From a virus (Duplodnaviria; Caudoviricetes): a stretch of 54,461 nucleotides of DNA. Made by a program: the position numbers and the translations under genes. The notes beneath the pieces were generated by a model that ran no database searches, was not told the origin of the DNA, and was given only the letters and a program-made list of their open reading frames with translations. The stretch spans positions 1 through 54,461 of IMG/VR virus record IMGVR_UViG_3300022912_000011; one strand, written 5' to 3'. This document shows positions 35,237 through 46,000 of the stretch, in pieces; position 1 is the stretch's first letter, and every line of letters starts with the position of its first letter.

Positions 35237-36901
35237 ATGAAAAAACTGCGGATAATGTTAATTCTGATGGTCTTAACTCTATTGCCCACATTGTCATTTG
35301 GGGCAGACTCAAAGGTTGATGCCGATGTGGTTTTGTATAAGCAGCCACTAAATACAATTGATCGTGTGTCTATGCGTACTAAGAACAGTGCGCATTTTGA
35401 AAAAGATTCAATTGGCAGTAAATCATTTATGGTAAATGTAGGTTTGGCTCCTATGCATTGGGATTCTGTTGGTACATGGAAGAGATTTAATTTTGAAAAG
35501 AAAGCTACTGAGAGCGCATTAGCTGCCAAGACTGATAGTAAGGTTGCAGTGGAGTTTGACGAGAAGATAGAACCCGGCCCATTTAAGATAGAATATCAGA
35601 AAGACAAGCCGGGCAGGAATAAGTACACTAAACGTGGCACAAGCATTGAGTTTTTCCCTGCCGACAATATAGCTGATCTGCCTACTACCTTGACTGTTAG
35701 TAGCACAGGGGCAAAAGAAGTTGTAAAGCTGGATTCTGAATCTCCGACACGAGTGGTATGGGGCTATAAATTGGTGGGACATGACACTAAGAGACAGCTT
35801 GCTGAAAACCAACCGATATATGGCTCTGATGGTAAAACAATTAACGGCTATTTTCCTGCTTTGACCGCAGTAGATCAAGATGATGATCCTGTATCTTTGA
35901 CTACTACTATCACGGCTGATAGTATAATTGTGCAGATGGGAGCTTTTACAGAATTTGCTTTGCTTGATCCTACTGTGCATGATACAGTAGTTACTGGTAA
36001 TGCCAGTGCAGAGCATGTTAGAAATACTGTTGGTACAGGGTTTGATCAAACAAGAAATGTGGCCTCTGGTGATGACAACCAGCCAATTAGTTTAGCTGGT
36101 ACTCAGTTTGGATCAAGTACAACAGCCTTTTATCGACAATTTCTAACCTTTGCGCTTGATCAGATGGATGAGATTGTGATACTGGACTCGGCAAAGTTGC
36201 AGTTCAGTATCAGTGATCTTGGTACAGGTGACTCTGCCTTGCATGTTGTTATGGTACGGGGAACATATACTGGCACAAGACATAATGATTGGTTCAATGA
36301 CTTTGATGGTTGGGCAGCTTCAGGAGCTTATGATGTAACTGAGTATGGTTCGGCACATTGGACAACTCATGTTGCTGGTGAAAACTATATCAGCTTTAAC
36401 GCTGAGGGTATAGATTCACTAAAAGAGTACATCAATTCTGATAGCCTTCGTTTGGCTATTTTAACCCAAGATGATGTCAACGGGACATACACAGTTCCTC
36501 AATCTTGTGGGCATGGTACTGCGTTTTATCAAAGGATTGAATTCTTTTATACCGAACCAACTGCCCCCACAATTGCTGCTGTGGAGGGAGACACTACACG
36601 TTTTGTAGATCAGGAAGTGCATGCTGATCTCACAGACAATGGTGGATTTACTTATGAAAGAGGATTCCAATTCTTTATCTACCAAAACAATGAAGATACT
36701 TTAACAAGTTCCAATGTGGGGGATTTCTCCACAGGAGTATTTTCTGATACTCTGGAAGGTCTTGTGATAGATACCAAATATGTTTATCGTCCTTATGTGT
36801 TTGGTTATGAGGATTCGGCTGTTGGGGGTTGGGACACATTGTCCACTGTTAGTGGTGGTGTATTAACAATTGACGGACGTTCTGTCAATACAGCTAAATA
36901 A
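35237..36901 (+). CDS. Signal-peptide-bearing multidomain beta protein (DNRLRE-like and FN3-like regions)
   Basis: MKKLRIMLILMVLTLLPTLSFGA; YRQFLTF...ILDSAKLQF; GLVIDTKYVYRPYV. Confidence 0.7.
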   Translation: MKKLRIMLILMVLTLLPTLSFGADSKVDADVVLYKQPLNTIDRVSMRTKNSAHFEKDSIGSKSFMVNVGLAPMHWDSVGTWKRFNFEKKATESALAAKTDSKVAVEFDEKIEPGPFKIEYQKDKPGRNKYTKRGTSIEFFPADNIADLPTTLTVSSTGAKEVVKLDSESPTRVVWGYKLVGHDTKRQLAENQPIYGSDGKTINGYFPALTAVDQDDDPVSLTTTITADSIIVQMGAFTEFALLDPTVHDTVVTGNASAEHVRNTVGTGFDQTRNVASGDDNQPISLAGTQFGSSTTAFYRQFLTFALDQMDEIVILDSAKLQFSISDLGTGDSALHVVMVRGTYTGTRHNDWFNDFDGWAASGAYDVTEYGSAHWTTHVAGENYISFNAEGIDSLKEYINSDSLRLAILTQDDVNGTYTVPQSCGHGTAFYQRIEFFYTEPTAPTIAAVEGDTTRFVDQEVHADLTDNGGFTYERGFQFFIYQNNEDTLTSSNVGDFSTGVFSDTLEGLVIDTKYVYRPYVFGYEDSAVGGWDTLSTVSGGVLTIDGRSVNTAK

Positions 36902-36911
36902 TGGAGATACT

Positions 36912-37250
36912 ATGGGAGCAGATAAAGATCGTAGGCATGGGGACTTAGAGATGGCTAGACAGCTAGGAGAGATATGCACATCTGTCTCATACATCAAGGA
37001 AAAGGTGGATGAGACAGATGGCAAAGTTGATAAGTTGGTAGCTGATACTGCTGTGCAAGGCAGTCAGATTGAAGCCCATGAGAAACGTATGGATGCTGTA
37101 GAGCATAAGTGTGCGGCTGTGCAGCAAAGTAAAGTAAGTAGTGGAAGTGCTATTGATTGGATGAGCAAGTATAGAAATACACTCGCAGCCGCTACTCTGT
37201 CTGTAACTACGATTGCGGCTGCTATAGTAGCAGTAGTTAAAATATTTTAA
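36912..37250 (+). CDS. Coiled-coil protein with C-terminal TM (XhlA/holin-like, putative)
   Basis: DRR N-terminus, heptads, C-terminal hydrophobic helix; GGAG SD. Confidence 0.55.
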   Translation: MGADKDRRHGDLEMARQLGEICTSVSYIKEKVDETDGKVDKLVADTAVQGSQIEAHEKRMDAVEHKCAAVQQSKVSSGSAIDWMSKYRNTLAAATLSVTTIAAAIVAVVKIF

Positions 37251-37252
37251 CC

Positions 37253-37281
37253 TTGACTTTTCGAGGGTAAAGTGTTATATT
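37253..37281 (+). promoter_or_regulatory. Internal sigma70-type promoter
   Basis: TTGACT, 17 nt ending AGTGT, TATATT. Confidence 0.75.
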
Positions 37282-37323
37282 GCATAAATTTACTTGCAAG
37301 ACCAATACAACTAGGAGGCGTAT

Positions 37324-38190
37324 TTGATAGTAAAAGAATATGTAATCCCTTATCGGTATGGGGAGACAGTTGACTTTGGGTTCTTGGGCGATATTCATTA
37401 CGATGCTATCAACTGTAAACGCACTAAAGTAAAGCAAGATATTCAGTACTTGGTAGAAAAACAGATAAAGGTGTTTGGTATGGGAGATTATTGGGAGGCT
37501 ATGACTCCTGATGATTTCAGATATAATACTGAGAACTTTCAACCTCAATATAGACACATCAATCCAGATAGGGCTGTGTCTCTTATGATCAGAGAAATGA
37601 AGAACCTGCTCAATCCTTTGGGAGATAATCTCTTAGGATTGCTGACAGGGAACCATGAGAATACTCTGAAGCAGAGGCATAAGATAGATATGCAATGGCA
37701 ATTATGTAACGCATTGCAGGAGCAGGACGAGGACGAGATTAAGGAGAGACACCCGCTTGATCTTGGCTACAACTGTGCTTGTCGTATGAAGTTTGTGCAA
37801 GTAGATGAAAGTGGTAATCGGCAGAAGACAAATGTTATGACGTTTAAATTATGGCATGGTGCTGCTTGTCCTGCTACTAGAGAGACAAGAATGACCAAGC
37901 TAATTAAGCATTCAAAGCATTTCCTTTCTGACCTTCATGTAGTTGGTCACTGGCACGATCTTCATTTTGATGACAGGCTTGATCACTTGTACCTACAGAA
38001 TCGTGGAGCGTTGAAGCTTCGCACTACTCGCAGGTACTATGGAATGTCTGGAAGTTATTACCTAGGACACATGGAAGGCGTAGATGGATACGTTGATCAG
38101 AAGGATTATTCTCCTGCTGAACTAGGAATGCTGATGATCAGGGTGAACCCTGAAACACGAGAAATGGAAAGAATAAAAAAGGAGAAGTAA
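37324..38190 (+). CDS. Calcineurin-like metallophosphoesterase
   Basis: GDIH, MGD, GNHE, WHG, GHWH motifs; TTG start after AGGAGG. Confidence 0.88.
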   Translation: MIVKEYVIPYRYGETVDFGFLGDIHYDAINCKRTKVKQDIQYLVEKQIKVFGMGDYWEAMTPDDFRYNTENFQPQYRHINPDRAVSLMIREMKNLLNPLGDNLLGLLTGNHENTLKQRHKIDMQWQLCNALQEQDEDEIKERHPLDLGYNCACRMKFVQVDESGNRQKTNVMTFKLWHGAACPATRETRMTKLIKHSKHFLSDLHVVGHWHDLHFDDRLDHLYLQNRGALKLRTTRRYYGMSGSYYLGHMEGVDGYVDQKDYSPAELGMLMIRVNPETREMERIKKEK

Positions 38191-38817
38191 ATGAAACGCA
38201 AGAGACTGAGTATTGATAACTTAGTCGTAATGACTTGGCCTAGCCTTGCAGAACACGGAGATCAATACACCACTAGAGTTTTTGATTCCTTGTATGTGCA
38301 AAATGCAACAAACTTTAATTTTCTGTATCAGAAGAAACTAGTGTCAGATATTGGCACAAAGGGAATTGTCCCACATGATACTTCCTACGACACATGGGCG
38401 AAAGCTCCGCAAGCTTCATACACAGTATTCGAGAAGAGATTGGATAAAGAAAAGAAAGAATACCTCTATCCGATTGCTGTAGCAACAATATGTGATATAG
38501 ATTTGATTAATAGAGTAGGTGAGATCAAGTTCGTTATTAAGCCTTCCTTGTATGGAAAAGGATATACAAGGCTGGTAGCATCAATGATAATAAATGTAGC
38601 GTTTCAGCATATGCTTTTAAACAACGTACTTATTAAAGTTCTTAAAGATAAGTCTGCTTACAAAACAACCAACTCTCTGCTGAAGATACCGGGATGCAGG
38701 AAGGTGGGAGTTATATTCAGCGTGATCGAAGCTGACAAGCAGTTAAGGTCTGTATATCTCTTTCAATGTTCTGAGGAATTCCACAGGAGAGCGAAAGAGG
38801 AAAAGGACAAGAAATAA
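38191..38817 (+). CDS. GNAT acetyltransferase (RimJ/RimL-like)
   Basis: DIDLINRVGEIKFVIKPSLYGKGY...AF..L; precedes ejection genes as in many podoviruses. Confidence 0.7.
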   Translation: MKRKRLSIDNLVVMTWPSLAEHGDQYTTRVFDSLYVQNATNFNFLYQKKLVSDIGTKGIVPHDTSYDTWAKAPQASYTVFEKRLDKEKKEYLYPIAVATICDIDLINRVGEIKFVIKPSLYGKGYTRLVASMIINVAFQHMLLNNVLIKVLKDKSAYKTTNSLLKIPGCRKVGVIFSVIEADKQLRSVYLFQCSEEFHRRAKEEKDKK

Positions 38818-38830
38818 TTTGGAGGTATGA

Positions 38831-40825
38831 ATGGCAGAATATAATTGGGAAAAAGCTCTAGCTAGGGAGGGATTGTCTGGCACTGGCATTAATTATGAAC
38901 ATGATGCGATGAATTGGGATGTGCCTTATAACCTGACTGACATAGCTGGTGAGTCCATCAATAAGAGAAACTTGGGGGCTGAACAGCTTGGGGGAACATC
39001 CTTAAAGGATGCTCCTATGGAATTCTTAGGGGATGTAAAAAGGACTACAGATCAAGGAGTTCCGGCCTCTTCTCTTGGAGCCACTTCATCCTCAATACAA
39101 ACAGGAGTAGATAACAGGGCTGCTGCATATGACGATAAGTTACAAGACTTTGCTGGTGGAGATGCTGGCATAGCTGGTGTAGGACAGGGAACTCAGGCAT
39201 TGACAGATCAGTTTGGTGGGGAACTCTCTCAGAGGGCGAACCTTGGGGCTGTTGCCGCTCCCCTTCCTCCGCAGATACAAACTATGCTGAATTCTCCAAA
39301 TCCCGCAATCCGTAAAGTAGCTCAGAAAGTTGCTGCTAATATTCAGGCTAATCCTGCTAATCAAGCTCAGACAAGAGTAACAGCAGGGAATCAGGAAGTA
39401 GGCACAGGACAGTTAACTAATCTTGCTGCTCAAGCTTCTCAAGACCCTAATCAACAGATCAGAGATGTAGGAGTGCAGGGACAGGATGCTGCTCGTCAGG
39501 ATGTTTCTGGACTCATGGAAAGAGGCAATGTAGCGGCTGGTGCTTCTGAACAGGCTGCTGCTGCTAACTTTGCTTCCGCTAATATAGGTCAGGATTCTTT
39601 ATATACTTCTGCTAAAGGAGCATTAGAGAGATCACTGCAAGATGTTGGTGGACAAGGAGATGCTCTTTCTGGACTGAGAGATACTGCGGTACAAGGAGCG
39701 CAAGGACTTGACGCTGGTGGAGTTAGCCCACAAGAACAGGAATTAGCCTATAGCTTAGCCACACGAGGTATGGACGAAGAGACTGCACGACATCAAAAGA
39801 ATCTTCAGACATATATGAATTCCATGAATCTTGGAGGTTCGGCTTCGGAACGTGGTGGTATGGGCAACATTATGGAAGAGGATATGAGACAGCGAGAAGG
39901 CATTCGCAGTCAGATAGCCTTAGACGCACTTCGTAGGTCTGGTGAAGAGGGCAGGGCTAATCTTGCTACTCAGAGTCAGATGTATAATAGTATGGCTGGT
40001 CTGGATAGGAGTACTGCACTGCAAGCTGCTGGTGCATCTGCTGACCTTCTTGGCACTAAGTCTCAGGCAGAGCTTGGGGCTGGTCAGGGCTTTGCTGGAA
40101 TGGCTGAAGCACAAGGACAGAGATTTAATCAGCAAGCCGGAATCACCAGTGATCTCGAACAGGGAATACAGGGACGAGAGTTACAGGCTGACATGGCTAA
40201 TCAGGGTGCAGACCAATTCGATAGAGGACTTGAATATCAGAGAGGACAAGACCTTGTAAGCAATATGTCTGATATAAGGAAAATCTCTGATTCAAGGGAG
40301 ATAGCTGCGGCTCAACAGAACCTTGCTACAGGAGCGGCAGAAGAACAGGCTTCACTGGCTAGGAAGCAGTTGCTTGGAACCCTTACTACTCAGTCTGATC
40401 AATTGGCACAACAGGCCGCAGTTGAGAACGAAAGAGCCACTCTTGGTAGAAGGCAGCTTGGTGCTGACTCTGCCGCATCTGCTACTGCTGCTGCATCTAG
40501 GATTATGGAAGTCGAAAACGATGCACAACAGCAGGAATTTAATCAGATACTTCAGTCTGCTAGCTTTGAGAATCAAGCGTATCAGCAGGGACTTGAGAAC
40601 CAGAAACAAGTACTCGGTGCTGCCGATGCGTTGGATACTAGGTATCTCAGAGAAGGTCTGGCGATTGATCAGAGTATACGGAACCAGATGGCTAGCACTC
40701 AAGCACAGGCTATGAATAGAAACCAGATGAAGGAAAGTACTGGATTCTTGGCTGATCTTAATTCAGTGAGTAGCTCTATGAAGAATTTTGGACAAGCTGC
40801 TGGAGCTATGCTGCACGGAGACTAA
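38831..40825 (+). CDS. Internal virion / DNA ejection protein (Q/A/G-rich)
   Basis: 664 aa, helical low-complexity, NLGGS motif; position. Confidence 0.65.
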   Translation: MAEYNWEKALAREGLSGTGINYEHDAMNWDVPYNLTDIAGESINKRNLGAEQLGGTSLKDAPMEFLGDVKRTTDQGVPASSLGATSSSIQTGVDNRAAAYDDKLQDFAGGDAGIAGVGQGTQALTDQFGGELSQRANLGAVAAPLPPQIQTMLNSPNPAIRKVAQKVAANIQANPANQAQTRVTAGNQEVGTGQLTNLAAQASQDPNQQIRDVGVQGQDAARQDVSGLMERGNVAAGASEQAAAANFASANIGQDSLYTSAKGALERSLQDVGGQGDALSGLRDTAVQGAQGLDAGGVSPQEQELAYSLATRGMDEETARHQKNLQTYMNSMNLGGSASERGGMGNIMEEDMRQREGIRSQIALDALRRSGEEGRANLATQSQMYNSMAGLDRSTALQAAGASADLLGTKSQAELGAGQGFAGMAEAQGQRFNQQAGITSDLEQGIQGRELQADMANQGADQFDRGLEYQRGQDLVSNMSDIRKISDSREIAAAQQNLATGAAEEQASLARKQLLGTLTTQSDQLAQQAAVENERATLGRRQLGADSAASATAAASRIMEVENDAQQQEFNQILQSASFENQAYQQGLENQKQVLGAADALDTRYLREGLAIDQSIRNQMASTQAQAMNRNQMKESTGFLADLNSVSSSMKNFGQAAGAMLHGD

Positions 40826-40834
40826 GGAGAGACT

Positions 40835-43000
40835 ATGGCTGTTATAAGAAAATGGAACTATGATTTACAAGACTATGAGTACATAGATGATGAAAATCCC
40901 TCTCCTAAAGAGACAGATGAAGATAAATCTTTTCTTCGAACTGCGGGAGAGATGGGTGGTAAGACCATTAAAGGTATTTCCAAACTTCCTGAACTAGTAG
41001 GCAAGGGGAACGTCACTGCTCCCCTTACTACTGTATTCAAAGCCTATCAAGGCTTGAAGGAAGGTGCAGAAGAAGTTGTGTCTGGCGCAAAGGAAGGCTT
41101 CACAGGCAAGCATGATTACAGTGATGATGGTCGTCCTCTGACAGATTTAGATGGGCATGTTCTGTCTGCTGACGCTGCCGGTAATAGACAGCAGGGTGGG
41201 TCAGTTACTCTTGATATGGTAGATGCAGGAATCAAGGACACCAGTGAGCCTTTCCAAGAAGAGGAAGAGGAAGAGACAGAGCAGGAAGCTGTCTTGGCTG
41301 ATGGTGGGGATGGGATGATGTCTAAGCTTGGGTTCAACAGGCCAAAATCTAATAAGCCTGAGATGGCTGACTCTCCTGTAGTGAACTATGCTGAAGGAGT
41401 CGATGGTGTTGATCTGGATAAGGATGAAGTAGATGGATTTCCTATCCTCACGGCACAGCAGATGAGACAGCAGAACTTAGATCAACTGTCAGGAGAAGAG
41501 GGCTATGATCCTACTATTCCTTCTCTGAGTGAAGACTCTTTGATTACTGAAGCTGACTTTCCTCAGACGGGAGATGCTGAAGGGGCGGCAGAGGATAGAG
41601 AATGGTACACTAGCCTCGGCATGGGAATTGGAAGAGCAGCTTTAGAACTCACAAGGACTTTCTTCCGTCCCATAGTAGACCCAATTGAAGAGGGAATTCT
41701 GGCGTATGGTTTCGGCATTGACGATCCATACAACTCCTTCACTCAGAGGCGTTTAGCGCAGCAGAGGGAAGTGAAGAGGAATCTCAGGGAGAGAGAAGAA
41801 GCTACTATCAAGAACAAACTGGCTTTGGCTAACATTGCAAATGCCATGACCAACACCGACATGCAGGGAATATATGCACAGTCTCACATGATGAAGATGG
41901 GAGCCAATGCTGTACTGCACAAGGCACGTTTGGGAGAAGAGATCACCAAGGAAGATCAAAAGGTATTTGGTACTGTATATGGAACCACACTTCAGAAGTA
42001 TCTCGAACTTGAGACTTTTGATGAGAACGTCAAGAGGATGCAGTTGGGTAAAGAAGCCTTGGCATATGAGGTTCTTGAGTATGAATACCAGAAGAATCGT
42101 ACCTTGAGTGTGATGCTTGGTGGACAGACTATGGAGCAGATGCAGTTTGGTGTGGCTATAATGGACAGGATATCTAAGGCCATTCCCGGTAGCAAGCAGA
42201 TGTCTTACTACATTGGGATGATCAATAGAATATCTCCTGAAGCTGATATGACTATGGAAGAAGGAAACAGGGTAGCTGCTGCGTATCAGACAGCTAATAG
42301 TACTGCTTCCAACGTATTCAATAACACTATTCCTTATGCCAAGGATGCTGCCGCTCAGATAGATAAGAATGTGAATGAGCAGATGAAAGCTTTGGAAGAA
42401 GCTGTCAGGCTTGGAAGCATTGAGATTCCTGAAGGAACTACACAGGATGAATATCTTAACTCTGAAAGAGATAGAATATTTAGAGAAGAACTGAAGAACA
42501 ATAAAGAATACCAGACTATATATTCGTATGCAAATGCAGGAGCAAGAGTGGGAAGTATCCCTGCTACACTAGCTCTGGCTATGTTCAACGATGCTGGTAT
42601 GTCTTCAACAAGTTTTAGACAAGGACTCGATGCCCTTATGATTGGAGGGGGGCCGGGTGCTTCGCCAAGACCTAGAGAACTTACAAAGGAAACCTTCAAC
42701 AAATTCGCATCCAACAAATCTTGGACTCCATTGGTAAAGGATACTATCCCTGCTATTATGAATGGCTTGGGTATAACCGATGCCGCTAAGAGAGAAACGT
42801 TGGGAGCCGATATTGGTTTCATCGGGGCTACTGCTCGTGATCCACGGACAGGCAAGCTGATTATGCAATTACTGATGGAAGCTGAAGCTGAAGGTCAGAA
42901 GGTAGATTTTAAAAAAGAATGGATGCCTATAATGACTGCACAAATTCACGCATGGCTTAAAAAGAATAATATGGCTGTTCCTAGTGAGGGAGGTATATAA
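40835..43000 (+). CDS. Internal virion / DNA ejection protein
   Basis: 721 aa, acidic N-terminus, helical C-terminus; position. Confidence 0.6.
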   Translation: MAVIRKWNYDLQDYEYIDDENPSPKETDEDKSFLRTAGEMGGKTIKGISKLPELVGKGNVTAPLTTVFKAYQGLKEGAEEVVSGAKEGFTGKHDYSDDGRPLTDLDGHVLSADAAGNRQQGGSVTLDMVDAGIKDTSEPFQEEEEEETEQEAVLADGGDGMMSKLGFNRPKSNKPEMADSPVVNYAEGVDGVDLDKDEVDGFPILTAQQMRQQNLDQLSGEEGYDPTIPSLSEDSLITEADFPQTGDAEGAAEDREWYTSLGMGIGRAALELTRTFFRPIVDPIEEGILAYGFGIDDPYNSFTQRRLAQQREVKRNLREREEATIKNKLALANIANAMTNTDMQGIYAQSHMMKMGANAVLHKARLGEEITKEDQKVFGTVYGTTLQKYLELETFDENVKRMQLGKEALAYEVLEYEYQKNRTLSVMLGGQTMEQMQFGVAIMDRISKAIPGSKQMSYYIGMINRISPEADMTMEEGNRVAAAYQTANSTASNVFNNTIPYAKDAAAQIDKNVNEQMKALEEAVRLGSIEIPEGTTQDEYLNSERDRIFREELKNNKEYQTIYSYANAGARVGSIPATLALAMFNDAGMSSTSFRQGLDALMIGGGPGASPRPRELTKETFNKFASNKSWTPLVKDTIPAIMNGLGITDAAKRETLGADIGFIGATARDPRTGKLIMQLLMEAEAEGQKVDFKKEWMPIMTAQIHAWLKKNNMAVPSEGGI

Positions 43001-46000
43001 TGCCTAAGAGCATGATGCCTCTTTCTTCACTGGATGATTACAATAAGAAGCTCCGCAACATGATGATGGAAGGACTCTCGTATGATCAGGCTCAAGCCTC
43101 ACTCCACACGGATTCAGGGCAGCACGAGCCGGGAGATTTTGCGATTGATACTGCCGATCTCATGGCAGGGGATGAAGTACATATTCAGCAGGGAGAGAAC
43201 AAACATAGATTCCCTCTAGTACAGAGGGAAGATGGTGATGGCTTTACCGTGTACAATGAAGGAGAAGAAGTCCCTATCCAGCAGTTCGTTCAGAACAATG
43301 TTTTGGATGGGGGAATCTCTTTTCATCGTTCTAATACTGTACGCAATCTGCACTCGCAGGAACCTCCTGTAACTGACGATGAATTCCAAGGTCACATGGG
43401 ACAGAGTGTAGGTGGGTTTGATCAATCTCTAAATGATCTTGACTTTACCAGCATGACCTCAGAAGATTTAGCTAAGATCAGGAGTGGCATGGACAGAGAG
43501 AAGATGCCGTGGGGTCTGGACTATATGATAAATGGTACTGAAGATCAGGAGTATTCTGACTTTCTAAAAGCCAACGGAGTAGAACTTCCTTTCTCTGAGA
43601 GTGCTGCCGCTATCCAAGAAGATATTGGAAATACTGTGGTGCATGGTGGAGATTGGGCAGGTACGTTTGCCAAAGAAGTAGGGCGCAGAGTATCTAGCCT
43701 TTTCGACGGAGTAAGTGGAGATCAGGCCGTAGCACTACAACAGTTTTGGGAGGAAAAGCCCGGTGAAGAAGATTGGATGGAAAAGAAGCAAGGTCTTGAT
43801 ACTGGTGGAATATGGGGTAGCTTCGCTGCCGGGGCTATGCGTTCCGTTGGAGTGCGTGAGCCTCTTCACGAGTTTGAGCCTGTCACTCCTGTAGAGCAGA
43901 TCACTGGTTTGCTAGGTGAAGTTTTTGGTTGGGGGGCTGGATGGCTAGCTCTCAGGGGTGCAGGTAAAGCAATAGCTAAACCCTTGATAGAGAAGTCTTT
44001 AGCTTCTACTTCCACAAAACTGCTTCCTAGAATCCTTAGAGAATCAGCCGCCAAAGGAGAGAAATACTTTACTGGCAAAGCTCTCACTAGATTGCAACAG
44101 ACTAATGGTAAGGAATTCATTAAGCTGCTGCATAACCCTAATATTGAAGTAGGGCTGGCTAAAGCTTCAAAGGATATCAGGGCTGGTGTGAAGATGCAGC
44201 TTGTAAAGAAAGGAACTCAGAAGCTTGCGAAACAAGAGGGAGCTACTGAACTTCTGGAACATGTAACCACGTTGGGTGCTGGACAGTTGTATGAACAGGT
44301 TATCGAAGTGGTGGATGCATTTACAGGGGGACAGTGGAATCCTGCCCTTGCCGCAGGTATTGGCTTGACCTATATGATTGATATTCCTTTTGATAGGAAG
44401 GGTAGAATCAAGAAGACATTTGATCAGGCTTATGTAGGCAAACAGTCATTGAAGAAGTATAAAGAAGAGTGGATTTCCCTTGCCAGAAAGAACAACGAAC
44501 TTGGCTTGGTAGACCCAATGCTTCTGGATAGATTGGAAAAGATGAAGCCTCAAGCATGGCTTGATCTAGCCCGTCCCCTTGGAGTGCATATTAAAAAGAA
44601 TATGGCTCATGTCCTTAACCTGAATGATCTGGATAACGCTTTGATAGAAGCACAATCTGGCGCACAGATATACAGGGACTTGGGCAAGGGTATAGGCATG
44701 ACAGTTAAAGAGATGGACGAGGGCATGAACTATGATCAGTACTTGCCTGACCCTGTAGTTGACTTCCTTAAGAGGGAAATCCCTGAGTCTCAGATGCCTG
44801 TAAACGGCATGACGGGGTATGACAGGAAGGCTAAGTCCGTTGAATATCTGGTTATGCAGATGAACAGGCTGAAAGATACCAACAAGAAGAACGGATTTGA
44901 GCATGTAAAGAAGGGTGAGGATTTACGACAGGAAATGATTCAGGCCATGAAGAATGGTGAACTGACTCCTAACGGAAACAGGTATGTGAATAACACACTG
45001 AAGCATAACCCTATAGACATGTACTATCAGCCTGATGATGCAGCTTTGGCTTGGAAGGGAATCAAGCAGGGCTTCACTGGAACTATGGTAGAAGGCGATA
45101 ACCCAATGTTCAAGGCTAGGTACACCATCTTATCTCAAGATACTAGACAGGCCGGAACTGCTATCTTAGGAGCGTTTGCTCAGAAGATTGGTAAGAGACA
45201 GGCTGAAGTACAAGAGAGCCAAGGTATTCCTGCTCATACTTCCATACTAGAAGATAAGGTTATATATGATGAAGGACAGGCTGTAAGAGTCCGTACCATA
45301 CAAGATCATATCTCTGGCGAAAGAAAGGTACATGAACAGGCTATAGGCACTGAGAAGGCTCACAGGAAATCTGTCAAGGATAAACTGAAGAAGACCAACA
45401 AGAGTGCAACTAAACATGCAGAGGGGATGGATGAATCTCACAGGATGGATACTGAATCTCTGCCTAGTAATATCCTTAACTCAGGCAAAGAGCATGGAAC
45501 CTTGATGGACAATTACTACAATCTGGTTACTGATCAGTGGGTAAGGATGATGGAAACAATGGAAGCCTTACGTCCTAACAAGAAGGGCAACCTTCTCTCT
45601 AGGGTAATGGGTGTGGTAGACCCTGCTACTGATTCACAGACGCAGCTTAATGACATCATGGCTGGAATCAAGAATGTATTTGGTGAACATGCAGATGGGG
45701 AACTCATTGATGTAGATGGATTTACGAAGCGGGTGATGGAGAAGTTCTTTAATGGCACTCCTGAAGCAGACTTCCTCAATACAATGGAAGCTCTGGAACT
45801 GCAACTGCATGATCTCTTGGCAAAGCACACTGTCCGTAACATGGACGATGTGGCTAGGGGAATGCTCTCAGGTCTTCCTGCACATGAGCTTGCGTACATG
45901 AGTTTCGATGGCAGGTTGGGAGATGTGAGTAACAATGCCAAGTTTATTAATCAGGTCAAGGATGATTGGTCTGTGTATAAAAGATTTATGGAAGAGAAGT

